A stretch of 64,000 nt of DNA from Orbicella franksi (Eukaryota): contig OZ116703.1 in the NCBI GenBank assembly GCA_964199315.1, positions 18,848,001 to 18,912,000 on the forward strand, in the 5' to 3' direction. Both the position numbers and the translations under genes were made by a program. Below, one piece after another: positions 15,201 to 61,620 of the stretch. Each line of letters starts with the position of its first letter. Positions within the stretch are counted from its first letter, which is position 1. A model generated the notes under the pieces. That model was not told the DNA's origin. It was given only the letters and a program-made list of their open reading frames with translations, and ran no database searches.

Positions 15201-18200
15201 TGCAAAACAATTAATTAAAAAGGAAATTGAAATAGCAATAAAATTTTCTTGATATCTATAGGTGCCAGGAATTCAAATGCACAGTTCTGTGTTTTAGTGT
15301 AACTTTTTCTTTCTTTCTTTTTCTGTATTTTTCATATGTATTATGCACATTGTATATTTGGTCGGCATGTACATGTAAATATTTATCTCTTCAGTATGGG
15401 TTTTTAGCTGTTTCTGCTCCAGTAACAAGTTTATGTTTGCTGTTCTGTTTAAAGCTTTTCTCATTTGCCTTGTAAGTTTTCTTCACTAATTTTGCTTCAT
15501 TTTCTTGAATTTTTTATGTCTGTTCCAGCACGTTGTTTTATGTTCATTCTTGTATGTGTAATTTTGATGTTCATTCCTATATGTATAATTTTGTTTTCAG
15601 TTACCATTCTTAACAAAATTGGTTGTGACAAGACAATAGGATGAATTTTGCCATTGCCATTGGCAAGGTTTGAGCTCACAAGTTTTACACTAAGATTGCA
15701 TGCATGCTACTGTACTACTGTACAATTTCCTGACCAGATCTGAGTAACTTATTCCACCAAACACCACCAGAAATACCAGGCCTGTAGTCTGCGTAACAAT
15801 GCTACGGTGACAAAGAAAGCAGTTAGACAATGAAAACCAATCACAGCACAAAATGGTAACAATAAAATCTAACATTTGTGATTTAATGCAGTCAGATTTT
15901 GTCTTAAGAAAAACAGTATTAGAACCTTGTTATCCTGTCCTACACTGTGCTTGGTATTCACTGTATTCACTTTCTAGACAACCCCAGTACTAGAAGTTAC
16001 AGATTATAATTCCACAGATACAGAGAGTCATATCATTAACTTACTCCTTTTATGTTGTCCAGATTTTTGAGGAACTTTACTTGTTCCAGTGACTGACAGA
16101 AAGTCACTCACATCCGAATCCTACAATAAAGACAAAAAACTTTTACTATCATAACATTAATAACATCAAACAAATTGGCGAGGTTTACAAATACAAGGGT
16201 TCTTTGTCAGATGAACAACAGTTTCAAGGAGCCAAATAAGAGGAGTCATGGTTTGAATAGTTTTCATTCTTAAAAAACTAATTTCTTAACTTAACATCCC
16301 AAAACATAGCATGACAACAGTGGAAAAATAATAATATGTTTTGTTTTGTAATAAATGGCAAATCAGTTGTTTAGTCATCGATTTTGGCAGTAATTGATGA
16401 GTTACAAATCAAAGACTAATATAGGCTATGCATAAACATTTATATATATATGTACTGGTTATGCAATGGTCTTGAGAAGTATACATGTACCATGGAACAT
16501 CTCACAATCACTTGTATTTATTTGGTATATACACAAGCAATTGCGTAGACCAATAAATACAACCATGCCATAGAAATTACAGTGGAAAACACAATTAATA
16601 CAGCACACACGCAGTTCCAATGGGAAGGTTGGGTGTAACGCTGTTAAGTATGCAACTGCTTTCCTGTATTCTGATTGGTTGTTAAGTTCCAATGGCATGG
16701 TATAAAATGTGATATTGGATTAACTGAAGTTGAGAACTTGAAATCAAAACACTCAGTATGTGTTAAGTTGTATTCTTTGCATTAGGAAGCAAAAATTTAT
16801 AACAGCTCTAAATGAGCACATGCTTCTTTCAAATGTTGCAACCCATATTTTTTAAAGAACAAAGGTCAAGTCAGCATTACCAATACCTGTTTTGGAAAAG
16901 AAAAATTATTTCAAGAATAATAATGTGATTATATTTATATATAAAGCATAAATTCAGCTGGCAGCAATGGTCAATACTGAAAGCGCAGTCTTGGCAGGCT
17001 TTAAGCTAGATGAGTGTACAGACATCCTGTAGATACCTATATGGTTTGGATATAGAATCTAGCCCAAAAAATATATGCGATGATTGTTTAAAAATCATGT
17101 TTCTATAAATTGATAGAAACACAGAACTAGCATGAGCTGTTGACGTAATGATGGCGCAATTAAAGAGAATTTACATTTTGATAATCAAAGTAAACAAGTT
17201 GTTTTCTTTTTTTTGTTGTTCTTTTTTGTTGTTGTTGTTGTCTCTATCGAGTTTAAGTATAAATCCACTAGCGTTCTATCACGATTGCCATTCTCTGATT
17301 GGCTACATTGCTCACTATCTGTTCTGTAATAGAGAGTGAGTAGCATAGCAGTGTGCCCTTGTTAACAAAATGATGGCCGCTTCTTGACATTTTTTAAGTG
17401 TCTGTGAAGAGCATTAGATAAAGTTTTGAGCAACTAGCAGATTTATACTAAAACAATTAGATTACTTGCTCTTGATTTCTATGTGTGATAGAAATCTCGA
17501 GCTCATAATCTAATTGTTTAATAGAAACACTTGTGAAAGTTTAGGAGAACTTGAAAAAGCTGTGGAAAAACTCGACCATCGACTTGTGCTCCCACAGCAT
17601 TTCTTGTTCTCTCAAACTTCCACTTGTGTTTCCATCAAACAATTAGATTATGAGCTCAAGATTTCTATCGCGTGATAATTGACGAGGGTGCAGCTCAAGT
17701 CATCTGTCATGCATAGAAATCAAGAGCAAATATTATTTTAGTGTAAATCTACTTGTTGTTACTTCTTAAATATTGATCAATAAATTTCTTCACCCTGGGG
17801 CTGAAATGTCAGGTCCAGAGTTCTTTGTTATATGTATTGAATTGAAGACAATTCAATATTGTCAAATATTTCCAGGGGAGCATGTCCATAGACACCACTA
17901 GAACAGTGAGGTCTGATTGCTCTATATTTAATTTAGGACGCTCCCCAGTCAGATCTTGGCTACAATCTTGAATCTTGCCACATGTCCATTTGATATACTG
18001 AGCAATACCCTGAGTTACATTACATGTTTTGACTAGACACAAAAAGTATTCATTCCTAATATAAAAAAAAATTTAAACCAGATATTGTACAACTTTAAGT
18101 AAGAGAGAAGTTTCGAGGATACATGGGCTATGCATTCGCATCTGCACTATGATATTGGCTTATGAAAGAAAAACTTACAAATAAAGAGTTTAAAGCTAAC

Positions 18201-18609
18201 ATTTATTTACCACAGATTGTGTTTTCTAATACATATTGAGGTTTCCAAAGTCTGACTTGACCTTGGTTCTTTCAAGAGTTTTAATTAAGTTTTCCATTTA
18301 ACTGAAAAAATAATCTTAAAATAGTCTTTGACTTCGATCATTAGGCTCAATATCACACTCTAAATGTTCCATATCTTCTAGTGATGTGGACACACATTAA
18401 GCTCAAATACAACTAATGATAGAATTAATATACACAGTACTGACAAATTAAATACTTACCAAACTTGCCGTAGATCGCGCTGAATATTTGCTTCCATCTG
18501 CAGAACTAGGCCTGTTTACCTTAGCTGAGCCAAGTCTCTTTGCCGACAAGTTTTCAGACGAGCCAGAAGTGACCGATCCTCGTTCAAATTTCTTATTTTT
18601 AGCAGACAT
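209..18609 (-). CDS. CEP131: Centrosomal protein 131 (CEP131/AZI1), 27 coding exons; 3' end probably continues beyond the left edge
   Basis: Exons assembled by hand in transcription order, all with AG acceptors, GT donors (last one GC) and matching phases: 18609-18460, 16120-16045, 15199-15064, 14422-14344, 14097-13540, 12795-12649, 12133-11924, 11394-11288, 11168-11041, 10594-10563, 10336-10284, 9588-9522, 9003-8933, 8345-8222, 7188-6956, 6527-6431, 6319-6230, 5570-5443, 4590-4443, 4023-3946, 3815-3741, 3367-3305, 2723-2638, 2340-2256, 1872-1718, 981-853, 269-209 (3366 nt = 1122 codons). Peptides match recalled human CEP131 segments: QRQEYEAAIQRHLSFIDQLIDDKKVLGERCE, REKWINDKTQQIKEVTVKGLEPDIQKLIAKHK, KRVRDKYESELKELEESER, IIRQEFADR, plus the IQ motif AAVSIQRWFRGWKTRKQ. 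Confidence 0.95.
313..350. repeat. (CAAA)n microsatellite
   Basis: Directly visible, with one CATA interruption. Confidence 0.9.
399..481 (+). mobile_element. tRNA-derived SINE, 5' head fragment
   Basis: Pol III A-box TGGCCTCATGG (409-419) and B-box GGTTCGAGCCC (452-462) without a complete tRNA cloverleaf; same head as the SINE at 7240-7679. Confidence 0.75.
751..792 (-). mobile_element. Decayed SINE head fragment
   Basis: Reverse complement GGGAGGTGTGATGGCCTAATGGTTAGTG aligns to the head at 399, with CpG-to-TpG changes. Confidence 0.55.
1200..1371. mobile_element. MITE-like element with inverted repeats
   Basis: TTGTCACGGGCAACT (1210-1224) versus AGTTGCCCGCGACAA (1347-1361): 14/15 complementary, extending imperfectly outward. 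Confidence 0.55.
3541..3692 (-). mobile_element. Partial copy of the PIF/Harbinger-like MITE family also at 54211-54568
   Basis: Shares GCGTTTTCAAATCTCTCCGGTTTAGTGTGGACGGGG terminus and TAGGCCTAACCGTAGA internal motif. Confidence 0.7.
5889..5928. repeat. Degenerate (TCAA)n microsatellite; another copy at about 60375-60398
   Basis: Directly visible. Confidence 0.8.
7240..7679 (-). mobile_element. Near full-length tRNA-derived SINE interrupted near its head by a MITE-like insert (about 7481-7620)
   Basis: Reverse complement reads GGAGACGCAGTGGCCTCGTGGTTAGTGCACTCGACTCCGG (head) ... TTCTTGGGCAAGACACTTTACTC ... AATGGGTACCGGCGAATTTAATGCTGGGGGTAACCCTG ... GCTTGTATGCAGACTT (tail). A partial body copy is also at about 35860-35900. 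Confidence 0.8.
8530..8740. repeat. Two degenerate units of an about 110-bp tandem repeat
   Basis: CACATGAAA...GCTTTCATTT(G/A)AATGGTC...CACAG(A/G)CTAA...TTAGAA occurs twice about 110 bp apart. Confidence 0.65.
17255..17755. mobile_element. Fold-back non-autonomous DNA element (family A); related copies at about 33597-33885 and 43247-43485
   Basis: Perfect 18-bp inverted pair 17466-17483/17712-17729 and inner imperfect arms of about 80 bp within 17489-17667. The body CTAGCGTTCTAT...ATTGGCTA...GTGTCTGTGAAGAG...AATTAGATTA recurs, with divergence, in the other two copies. Confidence 0.8.
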
Positions 18610-18769
18610 TTTTTTCGTCCTTTACTCAACCGGTAAAATATTCTTATAAACCCAAGGTTTCATAAAACATATTGTTCTTCGCACAGCATCATTACCGTGA
18701 TTCTACAAATGAACTGGAAGAATCAAAAACCACTCACTGGGTCACACAACAATTTTCTTGTTGTTGACA

Positions 18770-18890
18770 ACAAAATTTGGCGCTCTTCGACGCCATTACG
18801 GTTTGATAAGTATTGCGCGGTTACCAAGCATTCCCACTACTTGCTTGGCCTTATGGGATCATAAAAACTCAACAGGAGTGACGTCAATGA
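18770..18890 (-). promoter_or_regulatory. CEP131 proximal promoter motifs
   Basis: E2F-type TTTGGCGC 18776-18783, X-box-like GTTACCAAGCATT 18820-18832 and full CRE TGACGTCA 18879-18886, 170-280 bp upstream of the ATG. Motif match only. Confidence 0.4.
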
Positions 18891-18939
18891 AGGGACAAGA
18901 GACAAACACGCGTTTTAATCGAATAAACACCGTATAATT

Positions 18940-19128
18940 AACAAATGGTAAACGCCATAGCGTGCACTATTGAGTTATGGATGCACGCGGGAGGTTGCTA
19001 AGCACGAAAGAAGCGTAAGAGTCGCACGAGGCGATAGCCGAGTGCGACTCTAGCTTCTTGAGTGCTTGGCAAACCTCCCAAGTGCATCCATAACTCAATA
19101 GTGCTCGCTATGGCGTTTACCATTTGTT
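18940..19128. repeat. 189-bp palindromic (hairpin) MITE
   Basis: Outer 47-bp arms AACAAATGGTAAACGCCATAGCG(T/A)GCACTATTGAGTTATGGATGCAC are complementary with 1 mismatch; pairing continues imperfectly to a GGC-GATA-GCC apex. Confidence 0.9.
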
Positions 19129-19615
19129 TTATAACATAACATTGAGACATTGGAACAACAGAAGTCCTTTTATTGAGCTACATCACAAAAAAATGTTCAT
19201 GTAGTCTTGCATGACAAGAGAAAACAAGAGCGCGAAAATTCATTCATGACAACCGACTGCACACCAGTAGCTCGATAAAGTTTCATCTTCAGACAACTGT
19301 GAAGACAGTTTCGCATTTCTGGCAGAAGAACGTCGGCCATTACTTTGGAAACAATGTCTGTCAAAAGATTTACTTTGTAAACATTAGCACACACGTCAGC
19401 AGCGTACACCCATGGGCAAATAGTAGATGCTAAATTAACCAATCAGAGCGCGCGCTTTGCTTTAGTTATGTTATAATAAACATTTCCACTGCAGATCTAT
19501 TTTTTTTTTTAGGAGAGATCTCTGCGGTCTACAGTAAGACACGTAACTCTTTGCTTACCGGGGTACTTAGAAGGGAAATATTATCACCGAATTGTGACAA
19601 TTCCACCATACAAGC

Positions 19616-20128
19616 TCATGCATGCACGTAGAAAATACAGTGCAAACGGTCTAGGGCTAACAATTGTACTATACATAAACGTAAAAACATATCCTCGGTG
19701 GGCTCATAATGTAACTGCAGTTCTCTGCCACAATCCATGCAGCTGTTGGTAGGTGGCCCAAAACAGTTGAACACTTCCGTGCTTTCGTCAGTACTAACTA
19801 ATTTGCCGGCCAACAGTATGGCATTTGGCAAGTCTTCTGCCGTGATGTCACTCAATTGAGGATATCTCTCCCTGATGACAGGCAAGCGATGTGTTCGGTA
19901 TACTTTCGTCACCTTCAAAACAGCAGATTGTAATATATGGAATCTTTTCGCTCCAAACTTCACTAACAAATATGCCGAAATTTCTTCCTCCGATAGACCT
20001 GGTGTCCTCAAAACATCAGTGGTAGATAGGCTTGCCAATGAAGAAACATTATGTAGTTTACCAGCCACCGAAAAGAATGTTTGCGAATCTAGATCGTCAA
20101 GAGATCTTCGAGGGCTCTTACTGGACAT
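19616..20128 (-). mobile_element. Truncated transposon-like ORF resembling the CxC5-containing N-terminal part of KDZ (Kyakuja-Dileera-Zisupton) transposase proteins
   Basis: ORF 20239-19616 (likely ATG 20128) contains KFGAKRFHIL...YRTHR...FNCFGPPTNSCMDCGRELQLHYEPT. The F-x-PP-x3-C-x2-C-x3-L-x2-H-x2-P pattern recalls CxC5-domain proteins. The second CxxC knuckle and any transposase core are missing. Confidence 0.55.
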
Positions 20129-20716
20129 TATGAATTGACGTGCTTGCGATCGATTGCTGGCTATTGCATACAGTAAATAAACTAAAAGTCTAACATGATG
20201 CACGCTTGATACACCAGTGTGATTTTCACTAGCAGACACAGAAGGACTACGAAATCGTTGTGATGTTGACCGAGCCCCGCTGTTTAGCCTGCGAGCAGGC
20301 TCACTTGTTGTTAGGGTAGAATGGGGGCGAGGAAAAGTGTAACACCCATAAATGAATAAATGATGCTTAAATATTTAAATCCGCCATTTACTCTGGGGAA
20401 TTTCGTTATGTTTTCGTCCGTGTAACAGTGTAACACCACTGTAACACTGCTACAAGATGCCTATTCCAAAAACCTTTCCCTAAATCAGACAGCAAATTGT
20501 ACGGTAGATGTAGAAACACTCCCAGTCCTTTGCTACACTAACGCTCTTTAATTAAATTTATTATCCCGTTTAAACTCCTGGCGCTAGCTAAATAACTACT
20601 TTGTGTTGTAAAAAGTAGTTCGAATGAACTCGATGAGCTCGAAAAAACAAGATGTGATCGAATTAAAAGTATGTTTAGCTCAGATCTAATATTACGTTTT
20701 AAAAAGTAATCATATT

Positions 20717-20885
20717 CAGTGGCGGATCCAGACCTTGACCTAACGGGGGGAGGGGGGGTGAGGCGAGGTTTTTTCTTTTTTGCTTCCCCTGCCGGCTTTT
20801 CTTCCTTCTGTGATTTTTTCTCTTTTTACCCAAAATAAGAGGGGGTGGGCGCGTCCCCCGGTCCCCTCCCCTAGATCCACCACTG
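20717..20885. mobile_element. Short MITE with CAGTGGCGGATC termini
   Basis: CAGTGGCGGATCCAG ... CTAGATCCACCACTG inverted termini. Confidence 0.7.
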
Positions 20886-23200
20886 ATATTATTACAGAAG
20901 GAAAACAATGATGAAATTTCTCGCGTGTCTTTCAACCGGACAATATTGCGTCAAGTTAGTTATTTGAGTATTAACTCATAAATCCCCAGCAATGATATGA
21001 CCCCAGAAATCCTATATCCTTTTCACACAAACAAGCACCAGTTGGCTGTGCTCTCTGTCAACAGGAAGCTAATCCTGTGGTCTGACAGTGGATGCAAACG
21101 GGCAGACAAAACAGGCAAGGGCTAAACATGCGAGAGTAAGGGATCTGTGCATCGTAGAAAAACAGTTCATTAAAGTCAGTTATTTCCATTATTAGTATAG
21201 TCGGGGAGTCAGCGAGGCAATTTTGTTGTAATTGTCGGTGACCTAATAGGTTGAGAATTATTCTTCCAATAGATTACAATGTAATTCATCACCATTTTAG
21301 GATATGACCTTAAATTTACTTTTGTATAATTGTATGATGCAAGGAATCACCTGATGTCTTGAATGCTTCTATTGTGTAAAACTAGTGTGAAACCGGGATT
21401 CTTTATGCTTTCTCTTTGAGCGGAGTAATTTGCCAGAGCTGCAGCACATGACTAACCACTGCTTGAAAGAACGAGGGCCTTAAATGGTCATAGTCCGTGA
21501 CTGTACAAGCTACAAGTTAGACTGATTTTACGGCACTAGCATTAACATAAAAATTTATTGAATCTGTGCTTTTCAGCAGAGTTTTAAGCGAAGAATTTCA
21601 CAGTCTGCTACACCCAAAGTTTTATTCTCGATTACAATGGTGTGACTCTTATACAGTCATTGAAGGGGATGTCTGTATTTTTTTTGCAATCGGTCGACCG
21701 TCTAGGCTTGATTTCCGAAACAGTACAGTCACCACAAGTTTCAAATTCGACTTCCGCTTTCGCCGCAGGGGTAACGTATGCTCGCGGAATTCTCGCGCGC
21801 GTTAACACGATTTCACGCCTCGAAACTAAATATAGAAATTGAAAACCAATCTGACGTTTTTCCATAGTAAATAATAATTTTCGCGAACGAAACCATATAC
21901 CTCGGGTCAATGAAACGTGTCTAAACAGTTGTTCCAAAATCATCCAGTTACAGGAACACGAACACGAAGCGGTAAAATTGTCGGATTTTTTTTTTCTTTA
22001 AATGGGTTATACCAATTTATTCCAGCATATTACAACGTAGCCTAGCCAATGATTTATATTTATAAACTGTTACAAAAGTGCTTTTAAGCCCAATTTACAT
22101 AACACGTATCATACGGGTATAATTAATATAGACTCAATAACGTTTCTCCGTGGGGAGTTTACTGAAAACACAGACTCAAAAAAAAAAAAAAACAAATTGA
22201 AAAAAAGAACGTTCTTTTTTTCGACCTTTGATTGAAATCTGGAGATTTACAGCTAAAAGTCAATCAATTTCTGAAGACGTGCTCGCATTTGAGTGCATCA
22301 AAACCGCAAAAGATGTAAATAAATGACTTATTGATCAGGCCACGTTGGCGTTGCGTGACGCCAATTTACCAAAATAACTTTTGATGTAATCTATATTTTG
22401 ATTTTCTCACACCTTTACATGGCATCCTCTTCAAGCAGCAGATCGAAAGATGCATGTTGAAAAACTGATATGAATGCCGATCTTAAAGCCACAAGTGAAG
22501 CATCTTTGTTGGCCGCTGATACGATCGACTCACGAAAATGAAACATGGGTGAAATAGCGCGCAAACGTTTTTGCGTACAGATGAGTTGACGGTCGAACTA
22601 CTCGATTTGTTTATTTGGGTTCTGCCTCAGCTGATTTGGTCGACAAAAGAAACACAACACCTTCCCTTGGGGCAAATGTCGGTCTTTCATTGATATTGAT
22701 GAAATGAGTGATTCGGCAGAATTAAAAAACATGTTGTCAGCTCAATATACCTTTATTTTGAATGTACACGTCGTAAACAAAGTACAGCTGGTGCTACGCT
22801 GATCTGATGCTCGGTTTAAAATTAAAGTCGCTAAACAAATTGCCACTTGAGGATTACGACGGTACAAAAAAACCCAAATCCTGATAGACTACCAGTCGAG
22901 AACGGAATTCAAAACGCGATTAGGCCAAAAAAGCAAATGTCAACCTTTGATATCTGTGATGGATTCCATAGCGCGCTTGTTAAATACGCAACACGCCTCT
23001 ATCGTCGTTTTCGATTAAACAGACGTGTGTGTGGCTTTCGATAATGATTCCTTAAATCATAACACCGCCGCGTTTTAAATTTGTTCTGGGAAAACTCCAG
23101 CATATTTTTGTTTCTGCGCTAAATTACGTATATATGCCAAAACGCCTCGCATTGTTCACAATAAGAAGTGTTGGGTATCAAGGAAATTGTCAACTATGCC

Positions 23201-23280
23201 GCCACGTGATTGGTGAATGAGTGAAATTCGGCTTGCAGGGGGCGTGCGGTCGACCAATTAGCATGCAAGATCATTGTTTC
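23201..23280 (+). promoter_or_regulatory. Candidate BAHCC1/TNRC18 core promoter
   Basis: Fused E-box/inverted CCAAT CACGTGATTGG 23203-23213, GC-box GGGGGCGTG 23238-23246, CCAAT 23254-23258 and Inr-like TCATT 23271-23275, 180-250 bp before the ATG in CpG-rich DNA. Confidence 0.5.
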
Positions 23281-23450
23281 TGTACAGAACTCAACATCAC
23301 AGACAACTTGAATTGAAAGCAATTTTAGCTTTGCACGTTTCCGCCTCACTTGCTAATGGCACGAAGAGTCGCTTTACTGTGTTCGAAACTATGCTTACGA
23401 GAATTTTGCCGCCCGGCAGGACCGATGTTTTCGCTTGTTAACAAATAGAC

Positions 23451-58873
<35,423 letters not shown>

Positions 58874-60111
58874 TGTGTATATATTACGTGCGTGGTATAC
58901 GGAGTAGGTAGTGATGGTCGTGTTCACATTGCGTTCTAGTTGGTTGTGTTGGGAATTAAACCCATTAGCCGTCACTGGCTGTCTTTCTGGTTGAAATGAA
59001 CCAATCAGAGATCGGATGCTTCGAACGCGGGAGGTCGGTGTCCCCGGCAACACAGAAGTTATTGGTTATCCCATGGACAAGATCAGAAAGCGCCAGAGTT
59101 GCGTTACTTGTTGAAAAATATTTGAGTTATGGCGAATTTGGGTGATGGACATATAGATACAAGTGTTGCTGATAGAACTGTCTGCCTCTTGTTAGGGCCT
59201 TGATTAAGAATAAATGGGACAAGCAGTTAGACGAATGCTAGAGAGCTACTAGTCATGCCTTGAGTGGGACAAGCCCAGATACTGGAATGACATCACTAAA
59301 ATCACCCTACTTAGCGAGGAAAAGTTGAAAATGTAATGATCATCCAAATTATTCATTTTCAATGTTTCCTTTCTTGTGCTGAAACGGGTCATATAACGAC
59401 GAGACTGGGTTATGCTCAGTCAGACGAGGGTTTCTGCATTTCACACGTGATTTCTCTCAAATGTTATCGATATATATTCCTAAACGTTCTTCACCACTGA
59501 TTACCACGTTCGATTGTTCAGTTTCTTATGCACGCTTTGTTGGAGTTAAAAAAATCATTGTACATAATTTTCATCATTTAATTGTCCTCTGCTTCGACTA
59601 CGAGCATTGTCTTTCATTTTGGCAGCTATTGAACATGCGCGAGTTCAGAAACAAGAGGGAAAGTCGCGTCCCGCGGGAATGTTGCGGGTCATTCCCTCGG
59701 GCGAAACTCTCGCTGCGCGTGGCTTCGTAGAAAACGATTGCTTCGTGCATGTCACGTGCGCACTCGCAAATCGCCTTCTCAAACACTCACTTATTTCGGA
59801 TACATAATTTTCACACAAACGAAAGAACTAAGTATTCCCCCTTCACCATAAGATTTAAATGATATATTGTGTGCAACAACAAAATTCTAAAATATTTTTT
59901 TATAAGGAAAGCGTGGAGATAGCATGCGGCTTGTAATGTTTTGTATTGTAGGTTAAATGTAAGAAAAGCCGACTCGATACTTGTAAATATGTGTATAGTA
60001 CACTCTTCTAAAGATATGCTTTTGTAACATAACTCTACTGGCTCGTGCAGCGAAATCTCTCGTTTATATTATACAGAGAAAATATAATGAATATTTAGTT
60101 TTAGGATAAGA

Positions 60112-60117
60112 AATAAA
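60112..60117 (+). terminator. Probable polyadenylation signal of BAHCC1/TNRC18 (3' UTR about 1.25 kb)
   Basis: AATAAA followed by a U/GU-rich tract (TTTTCTAGCGCTGTTGTTCGTTTCTTGT); a more proximal AATAAA is at 59209-59214. Confidence 0.55.
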
Positions 60118-60404
60118 GTTTTAGATTTTCTAGCGCTGTTGTTCGTTTCTTGTACGACACGTTCAACCTCGTTCCCAGGGTGGGAGAAGAAGAAGAGAGA
60201 CAGTGGCAACCAGGTGAACCAACCTAGATCCCAGGCTTTCTCTCCAAGGGAGATGAAAGAGAGTGTTATGGTCCTGCCAGCTGGAGCCAGAGTGACTTTG
60301 CGAGTCTTTATGGAATTACAATCAACAAATAAAGCTACACACCATACTTGTCTATTGTGCACCCCCAGGCCCGATAATCAATCAATCAATCAATCAATTA
60401 TTTC

Positions 60405-60489
60405 AACCTCGTCCCTAGGTTCTCTCAACTTCCCACCCTACGGGGGCGAGAGAAGGGCAGGAAAATGAGAGACCCTGGGAATGAGGTTG
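60405..60489. repeat. Mini inverted-repeat element (AACCTCGT.CC.AGG ... CCCTGGGAATGAGGTT); related ends at about 60165-60240
   Basis: Terminal inverted pairing is visible directly. Confidence 0.65.
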
Positions 60490-61283
60490 CCCAATAATCC
60501 GGCAGGCCCTCGTTGACACATCACTCTTTTAATGGGAGCTACCACTGGTTACTAGTCTTCTTTCGTCCTTCTTTCATAAACATTTCAAAGCAGGCGAAGT
60601 CTATAGGACCTTTCATTCAAACATTTATACCTCGGTAATTTTAAGCTGCGTGCCTTGAAAACTAAGCAATCACACAAACGGAATGTAAATCTGCAACCAG
60701 AGAGAGATGGTACCTTCGTCCCTCACTGCAGATCAGAGAAATCGTTTTTGCATTGTTTTGATGCCTACTACTGACATTGAAAGATTTCTAAAGGAGCTAC
60801 GCGATTCGTCCTTCGCGCATTTTCCCGCGCTTTGTGCGAATGAGTTCTGATTTGTTTTTTATTTTATCTGCGGTTGTCAATGTCGCGGTTCAAGCGGTAG
60901 CCAATCAGAGCAGTCTTTGGGACCCTTGGCACATATGGACCAATTAGAAAAGACCATCGCGATAATTACAGGGAAATCAGACGATAGATTTTATGGCGTA
61001 GAAACCATATCGCAGGAAAATTTCACGTTCTGGACCCCACAGAGCGGAATATTTCGTCGTTTATTTTTGATTACAATAATTACGTTGATGGACTGTTTGA
61101 CATTTCAACACGAAACAAGGAGAAACTAAAATTAATCTGTATGTTATTATATTTCGAAAAACGTCATACTTATTTTTCATTTTGCTAATGTCCCTAAAAT
61201 TTTGCTCGTTCAGTTTTTTTTTTTTTTTTTTTTTTTTTTACAATTCTTCCTTTCCATACCTCGTCCATCTTACGTCATGTCAC

Positions 61284-61620
61284 TTAGCAACGTCTCCGAC
61301 GCTGAAAAACTGTCGGGTCAGTCGGTTCTCGGAAGCAGATCTGACAGTTTCTTATCAGTGATCTTGCTGATGATCTTCTATCACGAAACATTTTTAGATG
61401 TTCCTTTTCATTTTCGAAACATTGTGGATCTAAGTCAGCTTGAGCCTCAAGGCTTGTACGTAGAATGATACTTCTTGTTTCAAGGAAGGCACAGCTAGAT
61501 TGTGTGAAAGCCCATTGCTTGTTTAGTAATCTTTCCGTATCGTATCTTTTATCTTTGCGCCGTCTCGATAATTTCCCTTTGATAGTTCCTAATCCGCGAA
61601 AGAATGTTAATTCAAGAGCA
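61284..61620 (-). CDS. Candidate terminal coding exon of an unidentified third gene
   Basis: Acceptor-like ccttgttctcaaaatAG at 61622-61621, then 111 open codons (ALELTFFRGLGTIKGKLSRRRKDKRYDTERLLNKQW...FQRRRRC) ending at TAA 61286-61284. No upstream exon was found in the window. Confidence 0.4.
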
